DNA of 32,000 nucleotides from Ruminococcus albus 7 = DSM 20455 (GTDB lineage Bacteria; Bacillota; Clostridia; Oscillospirales; Ruminococcaceae): NCBI RefSeq assembly GCF_000179635.2, contig NC_014833.1, positions 1,680,001 to 1,712,000 of the forward strand, read 5' to 3'. Shown piece by piece: positions 28,169 to 32,000 of this stretch (position 1 is its first letter; each line of letters starts with the position of its first letter). The notes under the pieces were generated by a model. It saw only the letters and a program-made list of their open reading frames with translations, ran no database searches and was not told where the DNA came from. The position numbers and the translations under genes were made by a program.

Positions 28169-31100
28169 ATGCAGAAGGCTTTCGGGTATTCCTATGAGGA
28201 TATAAACGGCAGTATACTGCCTATGGCTGAAAACGGCACTGAGCCTATAGCATCTATGGGTGCTGACCTGCCTCTGCCTCCACTTGACAAGAATGACCCT
28301 CCTTTGTTCAATTATTTCAGACAGAGCTTTGCGCAGGTGACCAATCCGCCCTTTGATGCTATCAGAGAGGAGATAGTAACTGATACCAGCGTCTATATCG
28401 GTGAAGACGGCAATATTCTTGAGGAAAAGCCTGAGAATTGTCACGTTCTGAAGATAGAACATCCCATACTTACCGAAACTGATATGCTGAAGATCAAGAA
28501 GCTGGACAGCGATGGTCTGCGTTCTGCTGTGATACCGATCATATATTATATCGGAACGAAGCTGGAAAAAGCTATAGAACGTCTTTTCATAGAAGCTGAC
28601 CGCGCTTACCGCAACGGCGCTAATATACTTATCCTCTCTGACAGGGGAGTTGATGAGTATCACTGTGCTATACCCTCTCTGCTTGCAGTAGCCGCACTCC
28701 AGCAGCATCTCGTATCCACCAAGAAGAGGACAGCAGTAGCGCTTATTCTTGAAAGCGCTGAGCCCCGTGAGGTACATCACTTTGCAGCACTGCTGGGCTA
28801 TGGTGCCTGTGCGGTCGATCCTTATCTTGCACATGAAACTATCCATGAACTCATCGAGGATAAGATGCTGGACAAAGATTTCTATGCAGCTGAGGACGAC
28901 TACAACAGTGCAGTCCTTCATGGTATTGTAAAGATAGCCTCAAAGATGGGTATCTCCACTATCCAGTCGTATCAGGGCAGTAAGCTGTTCGAGGCTGTGG
29001 GCATATCCGATGAATTAATAGAACGCTATTTCAGGGGAACAGTCAGCCGTATCGGCGGAATAACTCTTGCTGATATCAGCCGCCGTACCGAGAAGCTCCA
29101 CTCAGCCGCATTTGATCCGCTGGGACTCAATAACGATAACGGCATAGCGAGCCTTGGCAGTCACAAGCTGCGTTCGGGCAAGACAGAGCATCTCTACACA
29201 CCTGAAACCATACATCTTCTCCAGCAGGCGGTTTGGAACAACAACTATGATACTTTCAAAAAGTACACAGCCTGCTTCGAGCGTGAGGACAAGAAGCTCA
29301 CACTGAGAAGTCTGCTCGATATCGATTTTGACAGCTGTGAGCCTGTACCCATAGATGAAGTAGAGAGCGTTGAAAGTATATGCAGACGTTTCAAGACAGG
29401 TGCTATGTCCTATGGCTCAATATCTCAGGAGGCACACGAATGTCTGGCACAGGCAATGAACAGCATCGGCGGACGTTCTAATTCGGGTGAGGGCGGCGAA
29501 AGCCCAGAAAGACTTGCTTCAAAGAAATGCTCAGCCATCAAACAGGTAGCATCGGGACGTTTTGGTGTTACAGGAGAATATCTGGTATCCGCTGATGAGA
29601 TACAGATAAAGATGGCGCAGGGTGCTAAACCAGGTGAGGGCGGTCATCTGCCTGCAAAGAAGGTATACCCCTGGATAGCAAAGACCCGACATTCAACTGC
29701 AGGTGTTGGGCTTATCTCACCTCCTCCGCATCATGATATCTATTCTATAGAAGATCTTGCACAGCTGATCTATGACCTTAAAAATGCCAACCGCCGCGCA
29801 CGCATCAGCGTAAAGCTGGTAGCAGAGGCAGGTGTGGGCACAGTAGCCGCAGGTGTTGCAAAGGCAGGTGCTGAGGTAATACTTATTTCAGGCTATGACG
29901 GCGGTACGGGCGCTGCACCAAAGAGCTCAATTTACAGTGCCGGTCTGCCATGGGAGATGGGTCTGGCTGAGGTGCACCAGACACTTATCATGAACGGTCT
30001 GCGTTCCCGCGTAAGACTTGAAACCGACGGCAAGCTGATGACAGGCAGAGATGTGCTTATTGCGGCTATGCTTGGTGCTGAGGAATTTGGTTTTGCTACA
30101 GCTCCTCTGATAACCATGGGCTGCGTTATGATGAGAGTGTGCGATAAAGACACCTGCCCTATGGGTATAGCTACACAGAATCCCGAACTTAGAAAACGTT
30201 TTGCAGGCAAGCCTGAGTATGTTGTAAACTTTATGCATTTTATCGCGCAGGAGCTAAGAGAGTATATGTCAAGGCTTGGCGTGCGCACAGTTGATGAGCT
30301 TATCGGCAGAACAGACCTTCTTCATAAGTCTGCTGACTGTAATATCGACTTCACAAATATCCTCTTTGCTGACAATGACAGCGCAGCACACTTTGATAAG
30401 AACTGCGTTTATGATTTCAAGTTGGAGGAAACTGCAGACGAAACAGTTCTTGCCAAGAAACTGAAAGCATCACTTAAAACCGGTGCGAAGAAATCTGTCA
30501 GCCTGGAAGTCAGGAACACAGACCGTGCATTCGGTACGCTTTTCGGCTCCATGATAACCGAAAAATGGGGCGACCACTCTCTTGAAGATGATACATATAC
30601 CGTACATTGCACAGGCAGCGGCGGTCAGAGTTTTGGTGCATTCATACCCAAGGGTCTGACACTGGAACTTTGCGGTGATGCAAATGACTACTTCGGCAAG
30701 GGTCTTTCAGGCGGCAAACTTATAGTCTTTCCTCCAAAGAATTCAGCCTTTAAGACAGAGGATAATATCATCGCAGGAAATGTTGCGCTTTATGGTGCTA
30801 CATCGGGCAAGGCGTTCATCAGCGGTGTCGCAGGCGAGCGTTTCTGCGTAAGAAATTCAGGCGCGTATGCGGTTTGTGAAGGCGTGGGAGACCACGGCTG
30901 TGAGTATATGACAGGCGGTGCAGCTGTAATACTCGGAAGAACAGGCAAGAACTTTGCTGCAGGTATGTCAGGCGGAACAGCATTTGTTCTCGATGAGGAC
31001 AGAGATCTTTATATGAGGCTGAACAAGGCTCAGGTATCTCTTGAAAGTGTCAGTGAAAAGTATGATATCGGTCTGCTGAAAGATCTTATTGCTCAGCATC

Positions 31101-31297
31101 ATGAAGCGACAGGTTCACAAAAGGCGAAGCGCATACTTGACAGTTTTGATGAATATCTGCCGCTGTTCAAGAAAATAGTCCCCCATGACTATGCTAAGAT
31201 AAATAAGGCGATATCTGTATGTGAAGAAAAGGGCATGAACCGCGAACAGGCAGAGATAGAAGCATTCTATGCGGTAACAAGCAAAGGACAGGTGTAA
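28169..31297 (+). CDS. gltB: Glutamate synthase large subunit, remainder (central, FMN/Fe-S and GXGXG domains). The frame is actually open from 28115.
   Basis: [11 protein letters not shown]...[14 protein letters not shown]...[10 protein letters not shown]...[15 protein letters not shown]...[19 protein letters not shown]...GYDGGTGA. The upstream in-frame sequence YAHKHVSTYDREELTR has no RBS or start codon, which indicates a single gene interrupted by a 1-nt indel. Confidence 0.85.
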   Translation: MQKAFGYSYEDINGSILPMAENGTEPIASMGADLPLPPLDKNDPPLFNYFRQSFAQVTNPPFDAIREEIVTDTSVYIGEDGNILEEKPENCHVLKIEHPILTETDMLKIKKLDSDGLRSAVIPIIYYIGTKLEKAIERLFIEADRAYRNGANILILSDRGVDEYHCAIPSLLAVAALQQHLVSTKKRTAVALILESAEPREVHHFAALLGYGACAVDPYLAHETIHELIEDKMLDKDFYAAEDDYNSAVLHGIVKIASKMGISTIQSYQGSKLFEAVGISDELIERYFRGTVSRIGGITLADISRRTEKLHSAAFDPLGLNNDNGIASLGSHKLRSGKTEHLYTPETIHLLQQAVWNNNYDTFKKYTACFEREDKKLTLRSLLDIDFDSCEPVPIDEVESVESICRRFKTGAMSYGSISQEAHECLAQAMNSIGGRSNSGEGGESPERLASKKCSAIKQVASGRFGVTGEYLVSADEIQIKMAQGAKPGEGGHLPAKKVYPWIAKTRHSTAGVGLISPPPHHDIYSIEDLAQLIYDLKNANRRARISVKLVAEAGVGTVAAGVAKAGAEVILISGYDGGTGAAPKSSIYSAGLPWEMGLAEVHQTLIMNGLRSRVRLETDGKLMTGRDVLIAAMLGAEEFGFATAPLITMGCVMMRVCDKDTCPMGIATQNPELRKRFAGKPEYVVNFMHFIAQELREYMSRLGVRTVDELIGRTDLLHKSADCNIDFTNILFADNDSAAHFDKNCVYDFKLEETADETVLAKKLKASLKTGAKKSVSLEVRNTDRAFGTLFGSMITEKWGDHSLEDDTYTVHCTGSGGQSFGAFIPKGLTLELCGDANDYFGKGLSGGKLIVFPPKNSAFKTEDNIIAGNVALYGATSGKAFISGVAGERFCVRNSGAYAVCEGVGDHGCEYMTGGAAVILGRTGKNFAAGMSGGTAFVLDEDRDLYMRLNKAQVSLESVSEKYDIGLLKDLIAQHHEATGSQKAKRILDSFDEYLPLFKKIVPHDYAKINKAISVCEEKGMNREQAEIEAFYAVTSKGQV

Positions 31298-31302
31298 GTA
31301 AG

Positions 31303-32000
31303 ATGGGTAAACCGACAGGATTTCTGGAATATAACAGGGCGGAGACAGCAGCGCGTACTCCGCTGGACAGGATAAAGGACTTCAATGAATTCCACACGGA
31401 GATAAGTGCTGAGCACCGCTGTGAGCAGGCGGCACGCTGTATGGACTGTGGTGTGCCGTTCTGTCAGAACGGTAAGCTCATAGGTGGTATGATATCGGGT
31501 TGTCCACTTAATAATCTGATACCCGAATGGAATGAACTGCTTTACCGAGGCAAAAAAGAACAGGCACTCATGCGTCTGCTTGAGACTAACAACTTTCCCG
31601 AGTTTACTTCAAGAGTATGTCCGGCTCTTTGTGAAAAGGCTTGTATATGCGGCATACACGATGATCCGGTCACAGTAAGAGAGAATGAGAAGGCTATTAT
31701 CGAAAATGGTTTCTCCACAGGGCTTATCAAGCCGCGTATTCCTCTGAACAGGAGCGGCAAAAAGATAGCTGTCATCGGCTCGGGTCCCTCGGGTCTGGCA
31801 GCTGCTGATTCACTCAACAGGCGCGGACATAACGTTACCGTATTTGAAAGGAGCGACCGTGCAGGCGGTCTGCTTATGTACGGTATACCGAACATGAAGC
31901 TTGAAAAGGATATCGTTACACGCAGAACTGCACTTATGGAGCTGGAAGGTGTTGAGATACGCACAAGCTGCGATGTGGGCATTGATATCTCAGCCGATGA
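31303..32000 (+). CDS. gltD: Glutamate synthase small subunit (NADPH), 5' part; continues beyond the window
   Basis: The ATG at 31303 lies 5 nt after the gltB stop. [12 protein letters not shown]...[11 protein letters not shown]...[17 protein letters not shown]...[15 protein letters not shown]...[13 protein letters not shown]. Confidence 0.9.
   Translation, partial: MGKPTGFLEYNRAETAARTPLDRIKDFNEFHTEISAEHRCEQAARCMDCGVPFCQNGKLIGGMISGCPLNNLIPEWNELLYRGKKEQALMRLLETNNFPEFTSRVCPALCEKACICGIHDDPVTVRENEKAIIENGFSTGLIKPRIPLNRSGKKIAVIGSGPSGLAAADSLNRRGHNVTVFERSDRAGGLLMYGIPNMKLEKDIVTRRTALMELEGVEIRTSCDVGIDISAD

Noticed and set aside
26772-31297. gltB as a naturally split (archaeal-style) two-gene glutamate synthase
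   Set aside because: The second frame is open upstream of its ATG with homologous-looking sequence. It has no RBS and is offset by one base from the first frame. This indicates an indel within a single gene.

Overview
This looks like a chromosomal window from a Firmicutes/Clostridia-type genome. I infer a cellulosomal, Ruminococcus-like organism from a dockerin-bearing GH43 enzyme; no database search was possible. It falls into three blocks.

(1) nt 1-5504 is the 3' end of an RHS/YD-repeat polymorphic toxin locus. The toxin payload is organised as RHS core, hydrophobic linker, PT-HINT, then toxin, and a candidate immunity gene follows it. After that come two orphan HINT-toxin cassettes (one complete, one 5'-truncated) and several AT-rich immunity-like ORFs of about 150 aa. 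One of these is a long open frame with no ATG/GTG/TTG start. The cassettes are bracketed by a conserved 5' handle (HINT coding sequence, ending exactly at the His-Asn cleavage site) and a conserved 3' handle (immunity-gene tail plus downstream sequence).

(2) nt ~5505-14816 is a candidate serine-recombinase mobilizable element of about 6.3 kb. It carries a TnpX-like large serine recombinase, a TnpW-like ORF, MobC, a MobA/VirD2-type relaxase and a small resolvase, with no obvious cargo. It sits directly at the stop codon of the last immunity-like ORF. An IS66-family element (6075-9079, TSD GTTCATAC) has inserted into it. A short AraC-type regulator and a HAD hydrolase follow. A second, inverted IS66 copy (16337-19483, TSD CTCCGACA) has split the terminator of the neighbouring glycosidase gene. 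The two IS66 copies carry different passenger modules fused at the same tnpC stop/start junction, and both have damaged transposase genes.

(3) nt 19527-32000 is housekeeping and polysaccharide degradation: a 1233-aa GH43/CBM/CBM/dockerin/esterase protein, pyrG, dapL, gltB (split by a frameshift) and the start of gltD.

I saw no rRNA, tRNA or CRISPR array. Several frameshifts, some at homopolymer runs, mean all pseudogene calls should be checked against raw reads.
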